NCBI GenBank assembly: GCA_963704295.1
Contig: OY969884.1
Coordinates: 656,812 to 720,811, forward strand
Direction: 5' to 3'
Origin: an uncultured Actinomycetota bacterium
Lineage (GTDB): Bacteria > Actinomycetota > Actinomycetes > Propionibacteriales > Nocardioidaceae
DNA: 64,000 nucleotides
A program made the position numbers and the translations under genes. The first letter of the stretch is position 1; each line of letters begins with the position of its first letter. This document shows positions 1 through 9,485 of this stretch, piece after piece. The notes below the pieces were generated by a model that was not told the origin of the DNA, ran no database searches, and saw only the letters and a program-made list of their open reading frames with translations.

Positions 1-82
1 CGGAGCAGCCGGCGCCGGCGAGCATCATCAGGGCCGCCAGGGCGGCCAGGGGCGGGGACGCGATGCGGCGGCTGGCCCCCAC
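1..82 (-). CDS. 5' end of a putative lipoprotein gene (partial, runs off the window)
   Basis: A minus-strand GTG at 82..80 is followed by VGASRRIASPPLAALAALMMLAGAGCS, which has a basic n-region, a hydrophobic core and an LAGAGC lipobox. Only 27 codons are visible. Confidence 0.3.
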   Translation of the reverse strand, partial: MGASRRIASPPLAALAALMMLAGAGCS

Positions 83-93
83 GACCGGCACCG

Positions 94-1494
94 TCAGCAG
101 CCGGCCAGGCGGGCCGCCAGCCAACTCTCCAGCTGGTCGAAGCCGATCCGCTCCTGGTTCATCGTGTCCCGCTCGCGGACGGTCGCGGCCTGATCGTTGA
201 GCGAGTCGAAGTCCACGGTGACGCAGAACGGCGTCCCGATCTCGTCCTGGCGCCGGTATCGCCGACCGATCGCACCCGCGTCGTCGAAGTCGATGTTCCA
301 GGACCGCCGCAGCCGGGCGGCGAGGTCGCGCGCCTTCGGCGACAGGTCGCTGTTGCGGGACAGCGGCAGCACCGCCACCTTGACCGGCGCCAGCCGCGGG
401 TCGAGCCGCAGCACGGTGCGCTTGTCCACGCCACCCTTGGCGTTGGGCGCCTCGTCCTCACCGTAGGCGTCCATCAAGAAGGCCATCATCGAGCGGTTCA
501 CCCCGGCGGCAGGCTCGATGACGTAGGGCACCCAGCGCTCCCCCGTGCTCTGGTCGAAGTACGACAGGTCCTGGCCGGAGTGCTTCGCGTGCGTGGACAG
601 GTCGAAGTCGGTGCGGTTGGCGATCCCCTCGAGCTCGTCGAACTCCTTGGCCGCGAAGCGGAACCGGTACTCGATGTCCACCGTCCGCTTGGAGTAGTGC
701 GACAGCTTCTCCTGCGGGTGCTCGTGCAGGCGCAGGTTGTCCCGGTCGACACCGAGGTCGGTGTACCAGGCCAGCCGTTGCTCGATCCAGTGCTCGTGCC
801 ACTCCTCGTCGCTGCCCGGCACCACGAAGAACTCCATCTCCATCTGCTCGAACTCGCGCGTTCGGAAGATGAAGTTCCCGGGGGTGATCTCGTTGCGGAA
901 GCTCTTGCCGATCTGACCGATCCCGAACGGCGGCTTGCGTCGCGATGAGGTCATCACCGCGAGGAAGTTGACGAAGATGCCCTGCGCCGTCTCCGGCCGC
1001 AGATAGTGCAGCCCCTCCTCGTTCTCCACCGGGCCGAGGTAGGTCTTCAGCAGACCGTTGAACATGCGCGGCTCGGTCCACGCGCCACGGGTCCCGCAGT
1101 TGGCACAAGCGACGAGCCTCAGATCGACGCTGTCGGCGTCGGCGATGTCCTTGCGGCTCGCATACGCCTCCTGCAGGTGGTCGGCGCGGTACCGCTTGTG
1201 GCAGCTCTGGCACTCGACCAGCGGGTCGACGAAGGCGTCCAGGTGGCCGGAGGCCTCCCAGACCCGGGTCGGCAGGATCACCGAGGAGTCGAGGCCGACG
1301 ACGTCGTCCCGGCCCTGCACCATGGCCTTCCACCACTGCCGCTTGACGTTCTCCTTGAGCTCGACGCCGAGCGGGCCGTAGTCCCAGGCGGAGCGGGTCC
1401 CGCCGTAGATCTCGCCGGAGGGGTAGACGAACCCCCGGCGCTTGCACAGGCTGACGACGGTGTCCACGGACTCAGCGGGCACGCGATCCTCCAT
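94..1494 (-). CDS. glyQS: glycine--tRNA ligase (class II, alpha2 GlyQS type)
   Basis: 466-aa ORF. The N-terminus reads [41 protein letters not shown]. Class II core segments [25 protein letters not shown] and GVNRSMMAF are present. Confidence 0.95.
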   Translation of the reverse strand: MEDRVPAESVDTVVSLCKRRGFVYPSGEIYGGTRSAWDYGPLGVELKENVKRQWWKAMVQGRDDVVGLDSSVILPTRVWEASGHLDAFVDPLVECQSCHKRYRADHLQEAYASRKDIADADSVDLRLVACANCGTRGAWTEPRMFNGLLKTYLGPVENEEGLHYLRPETAQGIFVNFLAVMTSSRRKPPFGIGQIGKSFRNEITPGNFIFRTREFEQMEMEFFVVPGSDEEWHEHWIEQRLAWYTDLGVDRDNLRLHEHPQEKLSHYSKRTVDIEYRFRFAAKEFDELEGIANRTDFDLSTHAKHSGQDLSYFDQSTGERWVPYVIEPAAGVNRSMMAFLMDAYGEDEAPNAKGGVDKRTVLRLDPRLAPVKVAVLPLSRNSDLSPKARDLAARLRRSWNIDFDDAGAIGRRYRRQDEIGTPFCVTVDFDSLNDQAATVRERDTMNQERIGFDQLESWLAARLAGC

Positions 1495-1556
1495 CCGGCT
1501 GGGTGTCGGCGGCGGGGCACGTCGGGCAGCGTGCCTGCCGACGCGGAGCCACCAGG

Positions 1557-1904
1557 CTAGCGCCCCGCCCCCGGCCCACCGGAGTCAGCGTCCGAGGCGG
1601 AACTGCTGGTCCCGTCGCCGCCGTCGCCGAGGACCACCTCATACGCGCTCGGCTCGTCGACCGCCGTCGACAGCAACGGCACGGCCGACACCTTGACGTC
1701 GTAGGCCGACAGCGCCCGCCGGTACGAGCCGACGTCCCGCCACCGGGTCGCCAGCACCCACAGGTCCGGGTCGTCGACGTTTCGGCCGACGGTGCCCTCC
1801 ACCCAGCCGGGGCGGTCGCCGAGAACGGCGATCGCCCGCTGGGCCGCCGCCAGGAAACCGTCCACATCGGCCGGGAGCACCCGGTGCCGAGTCAGCACCA
1901 GCAC
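1557..1904 (-). CDS. small ABM-like (antibiotic biosynthesis monooxygenase / ferredoxin-fold) protein
   Basis: This is the last 115 codons of the 1557..2528 ORF, starting at GTG 1904. The sequence [57 protein letters not shown] looks like an ABM domain. The upstream 200 codons of that ORF are an Arg/Gly-rich artefact antisense to znuA. Confidence 0.5.
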   Translation of the reverse strand: MLVLTRHRVLPADVDGFLAAAQRAIAVLGDRPGWVEGTVGRNVDDPDLWVLATRWRDVGSYRRALSAYDVKVSAVPLLSTAVDEPSAYEVVLGDGGDGTSSSASDADSGGPGAGR

Positions 1905-1949
1905 CCGCCGAGGGTACGGCCCCGGGCTTGACCTCCGCACCGACGCTAG

Positions 1950-1966
1950 ATGACAATGATTCTCAT
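1950..1966. promoter_or_regulatory. Zur box candidate (Fur-family operator) at the znuA start
   Basis: ATGACAAT-G-ATTCTCAT is a 7-1-7-type AT-rich palindrome with one mismatch between arms, and it stands out in the GC-rich surroundings. It resembles actinobacterial Zur boxes (TGAAAATGATTTTCA-like). It lies directly in front of znuACB-zur, with a TTGACC -35-like hexamer at 1928..1933. Confidence 0.6.
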
Positions 1967-2840
1967 GTTGAGAAGAGCTTTGGCGGCGACCGCCTGCGGG
2001 GCTCTGCTCACCGGCTGTGGCGGTGCCGCCGACGAGCCCACGGGGAGGACCGCGACGGTGGCCGCGTTCTACCCGCTGGCGTGGGCCGCCGAGCAGGTCG
2101 GCGGTCGGTCCGTCGACGTGGACCTGCTCACCACGCCAGGCGTCGAGCCGCACGACCTGGAACTGACGCCGCAGCAGGTCGCGGCCGTCGCCGATGCCAA
2201 GGTGCTCGTGGTGGAGTCCGGCTTCCAGCCCGCCGTCGACGACGTCGTGACCCAGGAGGCCGACGGCACGGTGGTCGACGCCGCCGACGTGGTCGGTCTG
2301 GTGGCAGCGACGGACTCGGACGACGCGGACCCGCACTTCTGGCACGACCCGCTGCGGATGGCCCGGCTGACCGACGCGCTGGCGGGGGCGTACGCGACCG
2401 CCGACCCCGACGGCGCGGAGGCCTACCGGGAGGGCGCCGATCGGGCCCGGGCGCAACTGGAGCAGCTCGACGCCGCCTACCGGGAGGGCCTCCAGGGCTG
2501 CCGGACGAGAACCGTCGTGACCAGCCACGACGCGTTCGGCTACCTGGGCGACCGTTACCGCCTGACCCTGCTCCCGATCGCCGGTCTCGACCCGGGCGCC
2601 GAGCCGTCCCCCGAGCGGATCGCCGAGCTGGCCGACCTGGCCGACGAGCGAGAGGTGACGACGGTCTTCACCGAGACCCTGGTGGACCCCAGCGTCGCCG
2701 AGGCGGTCGCGGACGAGGCCGGGCTCGAGCTGGCCGAGCTCGACCCGATCGAGGGCCTGTCGGACGACACGGCGGGAGAGGACTACCTGACCCTGATGCG
2801 CAGCAACCTGCGCGCGCTGGTGGAGGCGAACGGCTGTTGA
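1950..2840 (+). CDS. znuA: zinc/metal ABC transporter substrate-binding lipoprotein (TroA/ZnuA family)
   Basis: 296-aa ORF. The signal peptide MLRRALAATACGALLTGCGG carries an LTGC lipobox. The motifs EPHDLELTPQQ and DPHFWHDP are typical of cluster-9 metal-binding proteins. The true start may be ATG 1965, because 1950..1966 is the Zur box. Confidence 0.85.
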   Translation: MTMILMLRRALAATACGALLTGCGGAADEPTGRTATVAAFYPLAWAAEQVGGRSVDVDLLTTPGVEPHDLELTPQQVAAVADAKVLVVESGFQPAVDDVVTQEADGTVVDAADVVGLVAATDSDDADPHFWHDPLRMARLTDALAGAYATADPDGAEAYREGADRARAQLEQLDAAYREGLQGCRTRTVVTSHDAFGYLGDRYRLTLLPIAGLDPGAEPSPERIAELADLADEREVTTVFTETLVDPSVAEAVADEAGLELAELDPIEGLSDDTAGEDYLTLMRSNLRALVEANGC

Positions 2841-3619
2841 GCGGGCTCGCGCTGCAGGTGCAGGACCTGACCGTCGCCCTGGGTGGGAGGCCGGTGGTGC
2901 GCCGCGTCGACCTGGCCGTCCGCCCCGGCGAGTTCGTGACCGTTCTCGGCGGCAACGGGTCGGGCAAGTCCACCCTGGTACGGGCCGCGATGGGGCTGGT
3001 GCCGGCGACGTCCGGCAGCGTCGAACTGCTGGGCACGCCGTTGCGCCGCTTCAGCGACTGGCGCCGGGTCGGCTACGTCCCGCAGCGCACCTCGGCGGCG
3101 TCCGGCGTCCCGGCGACCGTCCGGGAGGTGGTGGCGGCGGGCCGGCTCGCGCATCGTCGGATCCTGCGCGGCTCCAGCCCCGCCGACGACGCCGCCGTGC
3201 GGGCGTCCCTCGAGGCGATGGACCTGGCCCACCGGGCGCGGGACTCCGTGGCGGAGCTGTCCGGCGGCCAGCAACAGCGGGTGCTGATCGCCCGCGCGCT
3301 GGCCACCGAGCCGGACCTGCTGGTGCTGGACGAGCCCACGGCGGGCGTCGACCTCACCCACCAGGGCCTGCTGACCGAGGTGCTCGGCGCGCACGCTGCC
3401 CGGGGGGTCGCGGTCGTGCTGGTCGCACACGAGCTCGGACCGCTGGCCCGGCTTGTCGACCGGGCGGTGGTCCTGCGCGACGGCCGGGTGCTCTTCGACG
3501 GCACCCCGGAGGAGGAGGCAGCGGTGTTCGGACACGACCACGAGCACCACCACGTGCACGGGACGACCGGTGCGTCCGGACCGGTGCTCGGCCCGAGCTG
3601 GTCGGAGCGGGAGACGTGA
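2837..3619 (+). CDS. znuC: zinc ABC transporter ATP-binding protein
   Basis: This is the 3' part of ORF 1928..3619. It has Walker A GGNGSGKST, the signature LSGGQQQRV and Walker B LLVLDEP. TTG 2837 overlaps the znuA stop (TTGA). GTG 2858 is an alternative start. Confidence 0.85.
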   Translation: MSGLALQVQDLTVALGGRPVVRRVDLAVRPGEFVTVLGGNGSGKSTLVRAAMGLVPATSGSVELLGTPLRRFSDWRRVGYVPQRTSAASGVPATVREVVAAGRLAHRRILRGSSPADDAAVRASLEAMDLAHRARDSVAELSGGQQQRVLIARALATEPDLLVLDEPTAGVDLTHQGLLTEVLGAHAARGVAVVLVAHELGPLARLVDRAVVLRDGRVLFDGTPEEEAAVFGHDHEHHHVHGTTGASGPVLGPSWSERET

Positions 3620-4635
3620 TGAGCCTGCTGTCGTACGAGTTCATGCAGCGGGCGCTGCTCGCGGCCCTGCTGACCGGGCTGGCCGCCCCCGCGATCGGGA
3701 CGTACCTCGTGCAGAAGCGGCTCGCTCTGCTGGGGGACGGCATCGGGCACATCGCCCTCACCGGGGTGGCGCTCGGCCTGCTGACCGGGCAGGCCCCGCT
3801 GGTCACGGCTGTGGTGGTGGCGACGGTGGGCGCTGCGCTGATCGAGGTGCTGCGGCTGCGCGGACGCACCAGCGGGGACGTCGCGCTGGCCCTGTTCTTC
3901 TACGGCGGCATCGCCGGCGGCGTGCTGCTGACCGGGCTGGCCGGGGGGTCGGCGGCGACCCTGAACAGCTATCTGTTCGGCGCGATCACCACTGTCTCCG
4001 ACACCGACCTCACGATGGTCGTGGTCCTCACGGTGCTCGTGCTTACCGTCGCCCTCGGGCTGTCCCCGCAGCTGTTCGCGGTCTGCCAGGACGAGGAGCA
4101 CGCCCGGGTGTCTGGCCTGCGGGTCGGGGCGTACAGCGTCCTGCTGGCGGTGCTCGCAGCGGTCACCGTGACGGTGGCCATGCGCACCGTGGGGCTGCTC
4201 CTGGTCAGCGCGCTGATGGTGGTGCCGGTCGCGACCGCGCAACAGGTGGCGCGCGGCTTCCGCGTGACGCTGGTGCTGGCGATGGGCGGCGGGGTGCTCG
4301 CGTCGACGGCCGGGGTGTGGACCAGCTTCTACGCCGACACCGCCCCCGGTCCGACCATCGTGCTGTTGGCGCTTGCCGGCTTCGCGGTGCTGAGTCCGCT
4401 GGGCGGGCTGCTCCGCCGGCGCCGCCGGGTGCACGCGCCGTTCGAGGTCGAGGGCGCCGTGGATGTGGTCGAGTCGACCACCTCCGGCCCGCACGGACAC
4501 GACCGGGCGGAGAGCCATCCGCACGTCCACGGGCCCGGCTGCGGACACGTGGCGGTCGAGCACGGTGACCACGTCGACTACGTCCACGACGGGCACCGGC
4601 ACGTACCGCACGGCGACCACTACGACGAGCACTGA
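3616..4635 (+). CDS. znuB: zinc ABC transporter permease (ABC-3 family) with a His-rich C-terminal tail
   Basis: 339-aa ORF. LLSYEFMQRALLAALLTGLAAPAIGTYLVQKRLALLGDGIGH is typical of ZnuB/TroCD permeases. The GTG start overlaps the znuC stop (GTGA). The last 48 residues contain 14 His. Confidence 0.85.
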   Translation: MMSLLSYEFMQRALLAALLTGLAAPAIGTYLVQKRLALLGDGIGHIALTGVALGLLTGQAPLVTAVVVATVGAALIEVLRLRGRTSGDVALALFFYGGIAGGVLLTGLAGGSAATLNSYLFGAITTVSDTDLTMVVVLTVLVLTVALGLSPQLFAVCQDEEHARVSGLRVGAYSVLLAVLAAVTVTVAMRTVGLLLVSALMVVPVATAQQVARGFRVTLVLAMGGGVLASTAGVWTSFYADTAPGPTIVLLALAGFAVLSPLGGLLRRRRRVHAPFEVEGAVDVVESTTSGPHGHDRAESHPHVHGPGCGHVAVEHGDHVDYVHDGHRHVPHGDHYDEH

Positions 4636-4645
4636 GAGGACCGGG

Positions 4646-5035
4646 ATGGGTGAGACCGGGCAGCGGCCGACCCGTCAGCGCCGGGCGGTGAGCGCTGCGC
4701 TGGCCGAGCAGGACGAGTTCCGCAGCGCGCAGGAGATCCACGAGGTGCTCCGCGCCCGCGGCCAGAAGGTCGGCCTGTCGACGGTCTACCGCACCCTGCA
4801 GGGGCTGGCCGACGGTGGCCAGCTGGACGTGTTGCGGATGGGGGACGGCGAGGCGTTGTACCGCCGTTGCAGCGGTGGGCACCACCACCACCTGGTCTGC
4901 CGGTCCTGCGGCCGCACGGTCGAGGTCGAGGGGCCGGCGGTCGAGCGGTGGGCCGACCGGGTGGCGACCGAGCACGGTTTCCGGGACGTGGCGCACACGC
5001 TGGAGGTGTTCGGCACCTGCCCGGACTGCGGCTGA
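4646..5035 (+). CDS. zur: Fur-family zinc uptake regulator
   Basis: 129 aa, starting at the internal ATG 4646 of ORF 4463..5035. It has the winged-helix segment PTRQRRAVSAALAEQDEFRSAQEIHEVL and the metal sites HHHHLVCRSCG and CPDCG. It is the last gene of the znuACB cluster. Confidence 0.85.
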   Translation: MGETGQRPTRQRRAVSAALAEQDEFRSAQEIHEVLRARGQKVGLSTVYRTLQGLADGGQLDVLRMGDGEALYRRCSGGHHHHLVCRSCGRTVEVEGPAVERWADRVATEHGFRDVAHTLEVFGTCPDCG

Positions 5036-5042
5036 CCGCCCG

Positions 5043-5089
5043 GCGACCGCGACCGCGACCGCGACCGCGACCGCGACCGCGACCGCGAC
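5043..5089. repeat. hexanucleotide microsatellite (GCGACC) x ~7.8
   Basis: Perfect tandem hexamers read directly from the sequence. They begin 8 nt after the zur stop and abut the 42-bp palindrome. Confidence 0.95.
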
Positions 5090-5131
5090 GATGATGCATT
5101 TCCGTCGCTCGAGCGACGGAAATGCATCATC
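5090..5131. repeat. perfect 42-bp palindrome (terminator-like stem-loop, repeat family 1)
   Basis: GATGATGCATTTCCGTCGCTC|GAGCGACGGAAATGCATCATC has 21+21 nt arms that are exactly complementary. A degenerate copy lies at 6205..6246. Confidence 0.9.
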
Positions 5132-5209
5132 TGTTGTCGGCAGCCGGGTGGGAAGGGGCTCGACGACCCGTGCGTTGCACCTCGAGACACCACCACGTCC
5201 GAGGTACCG

Positions 5210-6178
5210 ATGAGCACAGCCGACGATGGCGACGAGGCGCTGGACGCCTACTCGCGTACGGTCACGCGGGTCGCGGCCACGGTCACCCCGCACGTGGCGG
5301 CGCTACGCCTGCACGGCGGTGGCAGCGGTCGCGGCGGCCGAGCGGCAGGGACCGGGTCCGCGGTCGTCTTCACCGCGGACGGCTACATGCTGACCAACGC
5401 GCATGTGGTCGCAGGCGCCGTCGGCGGCGCCGCCACGTTCAGCGACGGCAGCAGCACAGACGTCGACATCATCGGATCAGACCCGCTGTCGGACCTCGCG
5501 GTCGTCCGCGGCCGACGCCAGCCGCCCGAGCCGGCCAGGATGGGTGACGCCGCCGACCTCAAGGTTGGCCAGCTGGTGGTCGCGGTGGGGAACCCGCTCG
5601 GGCTCACCGGGTCGGTGACGGCCGGCGTCGTCAGCGGGCTCGGCCGCTCACTGCCCACCCGTGCCGGCCGGGCCGGGCGGGTGATCGAGGACGTGATCCA
5701 GACCGACGCAGCGCTGAACCCGGGGAACTCGGGTGGCGCGCTGGCCGACGCGTCGGGACGCGTGGTCGGCATCAACACGGCGGTCGCCGGCTTCGGGGTG
5801 GGACTCGCCGTTCCGGTCAACACCACGACCCGACGGATCATCACCGCGCTGCTGCGCGACGGACGGGTACGCCGCGCGTACCTCGGCGTCGTGAGCTCCC
5901 CGGTCCCGCTGCCCAGGCCGCTGGCCGAGCGGACCGGCCAGCCGCGGGCGCTGCAGGTCGCCGACGTGGTGGTGGGCTCCCCTGCCGCCCAGTCAGGGCT
6001 GAAGCCCGGTGACCTCGTGCTGTCCGTTGGGCGGCAGCCGGTTGCGGACGCACAGAGCCTGCAGCGGCTGTTGTTCGCCGACGCCATCGGCCAGCCGCTG
6101 CCGGTCACGGTGCTGCGTGGCGAGGCGATGGTGGACGTGATCGCAGTGCCCACCGAGCTCACCGGCGCCGGCAGCTGA
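5210..6178 (+). CDS. trypsin-like serine protease with PDZ domain (S1C, HtrA/DegP-like), no obvious signal peptide
   Basis: 322-aa ORF. It has catalytic His (MLTNAHVV) and Ser (GNSGGAL) contexts and a PDZ-like C-terminus (VVVGSPAAQSGLKPGDLVLSVG). Confidence 0.8.
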   Translation: MSTADDGDEALDAYSRTVTRVAATVTPHVAALRLHGGGSGRGGRAAGTGSAVVFTADGYMLTNAHVVAGAVGGAATFSDGSSTDVDIIGSDPLSDLAVVRGRRQPPEPARMGDAADLKVGQLVVAVGNPLGLTGSVTAGVVSGLGRSLPTRAGRAGRVIEDVIQTDAALNPGNSGGALADASGRVVGINTAVAGFGVGLAVPVNTTTRRIITALLRDGRVRRAYLGVVSSPVPLPRPLAERTGQPRALQVADVVVGSPAAQSGLKPGDLVLSVGRQPVADAQSLQRLLFADAIGQPLPVTVLRGEAMVDVIAVPTELTGAGS

Positions 6179-6204
6179 CCGGCCGCCGCGGGCGCCGGAC
6201 CAGC

Positions 6205-6246
6205 GATGATGCATTCCCGTCGCTCGAGCGACCGAAAAGCGTCAGC
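6205..6246. repeat. degenerate second copy of the 5090..5131 palindrome
   Basis: The sequence is GATGATGCATTCCCGTCGCTCGAGCGACCGAAAAGCGTCAGC. The left arm and centre are nearly identical to copy 1, and the right arm has decayed. It lies between the convergent protease and uppS genes. Confidence 0.7.
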
Positions 6247-6258
6247 GCCGGTACGCGG

Positions 6259-7029
6259 TCAGGCCCGCCCGTAGCGCCGACTGCGCCTGGCGTACTCCTC
6301 CACCGCGGCCCACAGCTGCAGGCGGTCCACGTCTGGCCAGGCCACGTCGGTGAACACCAGCTCGGCATATGCGGACTGCCAGAGCAGGAAGTTGGAGATC
6401 CGCTGCTCCCCGGAGGTCCGCCAGAACAGGTCGACGTCGGGCAGGTCCGGCTCGTCCAGGTAGCGCGCGAAGACCCGCTGGTCGACCCGATCGGCGCGTA
6501 CCCGCCCCGCGGCCACGTCCAGGGCCAACGCGCGCGCCGCGTCGGCGAGCTCGGACCGCCCGCCGTAGTTCACGCACATCGTCAGCGTCAGCACGTCGTT
6601 TGCCCGGGTGAGCTCCTCGGCCGCCTCGAGCTCGCGGATCACGCTGCGCCACAACCGCGGACGGCGGCCGGCCCACCGCACCCGCACGCCGAGCGCGTGC
6701 ATCTCGTCCCGCCGTCGACGGATCACGTCGCGGTTGAACCCCATCAAGAAGCGCACCTCCTCCGGCGAGCGCTTCCAGTTCTCGGTGGAGAACGCGTACG
6801 CCGACAGGTGCCGGACGCCGACCTCGATCGCCCCCTCGACCACGTCGAAGAGCGCCGCCTCCCCCGCCTCGTGACCAGCGGTCCTCGGCAGCCCGCGCGC
6901 CCGCGCCCAGCGACCGTTGCCGTCCATGACGACGGCGACGTGCCGCGGCACCTCCGCCGGGGACAATCGCGGCGCGCGCGCCCCGGACCCGTGCGGGCGC
7001 GGTGCCCGCGGCTCCCGCGGGCGGGTCAC
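6259..7029 (-). CDS. uppS: isoprenyl transferase / undecaprenyl diphosphate synthase
   Basis: 256-aa ORF with [29 protein letters not shown] and [10 protein letters not shown]. The GTG start overlaps the recO stop (GTGA). Confidence 0.9.
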   Translation of the reverse strand: MTRPREPRAPRPHGSGARAPRLSPAEVPRHVAVVMDGNGRWARARGLPRTAGHEAGEAALFDVVEGAIEVGVRHLSAYAFSTENWKRSPEEVRFLMGFNRDVIRRRRDEMHALGVRVRWAGRRPRLWRSVIRELEAAEELTRANDVLTLTMCVNYGGRSELADAARALALDVAAGRVRADRVDQRVFARYLDEPDLPDVDLFWRTSGEQRISNFLLWQSAYAELVFTDVAWPDVDRLQLWAAVEEYARRSRRYGRA

Positions 7030-7754
7030 CGGTCCACGTGGCTCATCGAGCGCAGCCCGCGCTCGAGATGCCAGGACAGGTACGCCGCCACCAGGCCGGA
7101 CGACTCACGCCGGGCACGCTCGTCCGCCTCCAGCGCGGTCGTCCAGTCACCGCTGAGCAACGCCGACAGCAGCCGTACGGTTCCCGGCCCGGGCGAAGCC
7201 GACCCCGGCGACCGGCAACTGGTGCAGGCAATGCCCCCACCGGCCGGACTGAACGACCGGTGCGGCCCGGGCGCCCCGCAGCGAGCACAGTCGTCGAAGC
7301 TCGGCGCGTACCCCGCGACCGCGAGCGAGCGCAGCAGGAACGCGTCGAGCACGAGCGACGGGTCGCGCCCGCCCGGGCTCAGGGCGCGCAGACCGCCGAC
7401 CAGCAGCAGGAACTGCTGCACCGCCGGCTCCAGGTCCTCCCCGGCGAGCCGGTCGGCCGCCTCCAGCATCGCCGTCCCGGCGGTGTACGCCCGGTAGTCG
7501 GCGCCGATGGTCATCGCCAGCGGGTCGAGCGACTCGGCCTGGGTCACCACGTGCAGCGACCGGCCCTCGGCCAGCATCAGGTCGACGTGGCTGAACGGCT
7601 CGAGTCGGGCGCCGAACCGGGAGGTCGTGCGGCGGACCCCCTTGGCGACGGCCCGGATCCGGCCGTGTCGCCGGCTCAGCACCGTGATGATGCGGTCCGC
7701 CTCACCGAGCTTCTGGGTGCGCAGCACGATCGCCTCGTCACGGTAGAGACTCAC
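7026..7754 (-). CDS. recO: DNA repair protein RecO
   Basis: This is the last 242 codons of the composite ORF 7026..9569, starting at GTG 7754. It reads [42 protein letters not shown] and has the Cys cluster CARCG..CTSC. Confidence 0.9.
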   Translation of the reverse strand: MSLYRDEAIVLRTQKLGEADRIITVLSRRHGRIRAVAKGVRRTTSRFGARLEPFSHVDLMLAEGRSLHVVTQAESLDPLAMTIGADYRAYTAGTAMLEAADRLAGEDLEPAVQQFLLLVGGLRALSPGGRDPSLVLDAFLLRSLAVAGYAPSFDDCARCGAPGPHRSFSPAGGGIACTSCRSPGSASPGPGTVRLLSALLSGDWTTALEADERARRESSGLVAAYLSWHLERGLRSMSHVDR

Positions 7755-8614
7755 CCGGTTATTGTGCCCGCCCGCCCGGACCGGGCAGGTGCCGCCCGCC
7801 AGCAGCGGCGGACGAACGCCACCGCCTCGGCGTCGAGGCGGTCCGGGCGGATCCGCCACTCCAGGATCGACTCGGCCGGCACGAACCGACCGTGCGGCAG
7901 TTCGCCGGCCAGCATCGCCGCGTCGGCCGCGGGGTGGATCGGGTCGTTCGGATGGCCGATCACCAGCGCCGGCGTCTCCAGCCGCACCCGGACCGAGCGT
8001 GGCGGGGCGATCCGTCCGAAGAAGAGGCCGTGAATCACGGCGGCCATGGCGGCCGGCTCCTGGTCCAGCGTGTCCAGCACGATCCCCGGCCAGAACGGCA
8101 CCGCCGAGCGCGGGACCATCCGGCTGACGAGGCCGACGCCGGTGACCGTCCAGGGCAGGAAGCGGGCGGCCAGCATCAGCGGCGCGAACGCGATGATCCC
8201 CGCCTCGACGGCGTTGTCCAGCACCGGCATCTCCACCAACAACCCGCGCACCCGCTCCGGAGCGCTGGCGGCCACCTCGAGCGAGGTGTTCGCCCCCAAC
8301 GAGCTCCCCCCGATGACGGCGGACTCGACGTCCAGGTGGTCCAGCAGCGCGAGGGCCTGCAGCGCGAACCCGCCCATCGAGTACGCGGCGGGGTCGGTGG
8401 GCCGGTCCGAGCGACCATGGCCCAGCAGGTCCAGCGTGACCACCCGGAAACCGGCCGCGGCGATCCGTCGGGCGAGCGGCTGGTGCATCCGGCGCGGCAT
8501 CAGCTGGCCGTGCAGCAGCACGACCAGTCGGTCGCCGGCGCCGAACTCGGTGTACTCGAGCCGGTGCCCGTCGAAGCCGAACGCCCCGATGCGCTCCGAC
8601 ACCAGCACCGCCAT
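7751..8614 (-). CDS. alpha/beta-fold hydrolase
   Basis: [10 protein letters not shown], the LLGHGRSD context and the nucleophile elbow GGSSLGA are present. The stop overlaps the recO start by 4 nt. The start is ATG 8614, with 8653 as an alternative. Confidence 0.75.
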   Translation of the reverse strand: MAVLVSERIGAFGFDGHRLEYTEFGAGDRLVVLLHGQLMPRRMHQPLARRIAAAGFRVVTLDLLGHGRSDRPTDPAAYSMGGFALQALALLDHLDVESAVIGGSSLGANTSLEVAASAPERVRGLLVEMPVLDNAVEAGIIAFAPLMLAARFLPWTVTGVGLVSRMVPRSAVPFWPGIVLDTLDQEPAAMAAVIHGLFFGRIAPPRSVRVRLETPALVIGHPNDPIHPAADAAMLAGELPHGRFVPAESILEWRIRPDRLDAEAVAFVRRCWRAAPARSGRAGTITG

Positions 8615-8702
8615 TCGCCCATCGTCCCAGCCGGGCCGGGAATGTCCTGACATTGCGGCCGCGACGCGCGGCGACGCGGGCGCGGTGCCAGGATCGGCGC
8701 TC

Positions 8703-9485
8703 GTGGACGTCGCCGCGGTGCTGGATCGGATCTGCCGGTACCAGCACGAGGTCGCCGTCAGCACCGCCGATCCCGTCCAGGTCGGCCCCTTCACCACCTA
8801 CGACACCCGATGGGGCTGGAGCTACGCGGCCCGGCCGCGCCCCGGGCATGAACACCTCCTCGACGCGGACGCGTTGCGCGCGGTGTTCCACCACCAGCAG
8901 GACCAGCCGGGCGCCGCCGGAGTGCAGTGGATCGACGCGCACGCACCGGCCCTGGCCGACCTGGCGGACTCGCTCGGACTGGGGGTGGCGCGCTCCCGGC
9001 TGCTCGCGTACGACCACGAAAGGGCGGCCGGACTCCCGGCCCCGACCTGCGCCGACCGGGCTGTCGCGGTCCGCATCGTCGACCCGGACGAGCCGGAGTT
9101 CGACCAGAGCCGGGCGGCGGTGGCAGCGGGGTTCGACGGAACCGACCGCGGGGACGGCGAGCCGGTCGTGGAGACGATGCGGGCGTACGTCCGCGCCGGA
9201 CTCACCCGGGCCGCCGGTGCGTGGGCACCCGACGGAACGGCGATCGGTGGCGGGACCCATGCCGTCCGCGGCCCGACCAGCGAGGTCACCGGGGTGGCGG
9301 TGCTGCCGTCGTGGCGGCGGCGCGGCGTCGCGGCGGTCCTGACCGACCTGCTGATGCGCGACGCGCGGGACCGCGGCGCCGAGACGGTGTTCCTGTCCGC
9401 GGAGTCGCAGCAGGTGGCCCGGGTCTACGAGCGGGTCGGCTTCCGTCAGGTCGGCGTGCTGTGCACCGCCACCGACCTCGGCTGA
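8703..9485 (+). CDS. GNAT-family N-acetyltransferase (start uncertain)
   Basis: This is the 3' part of ORF 8046..9485. The acetyl-CoA motif A is [20 protein letters not shown], followed by VYERVGF. In-frame GTG starts occur at 8685 and 8703. Confidence 0.6.
   Translation: MDVAAVLDRICRYQHEVAVSTADPVQVGPFTTYDTRWGWSYAARPRPGHEHLLDADALRAVFHHQQDQPGAAGVQWIDAHAPALADLADSLGLGVARSRLLAYDHERAAGLPAPTCADRAVAVRIVDPDEPEFDQSRAAVAAGFDGTDRGDGEPVVETMRAYVRAGLTRAAGAWAPDGTAIGGGTHAVRGPTSEVTGVAVLPSWRRRGVAAVLTDLLMRDARDRGAETVFLSAESQQVARVYERVGFRQVGVLCTATDLG

Noticed and set aside
5043-5131. Hexamer repeats plus palindrome considered as a CRISPR array or as a coding dipeptide repeat (RPRPRP / ATATAT)
   Set aside because: The 6-nt units have no spacers, so this is not a CRISPR array. 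No start codon or RBS is present, and the ORFs containing it (4867..5094, 4815..5213) are otherwise low complexity. I treat it as an intergenic microsatellite.
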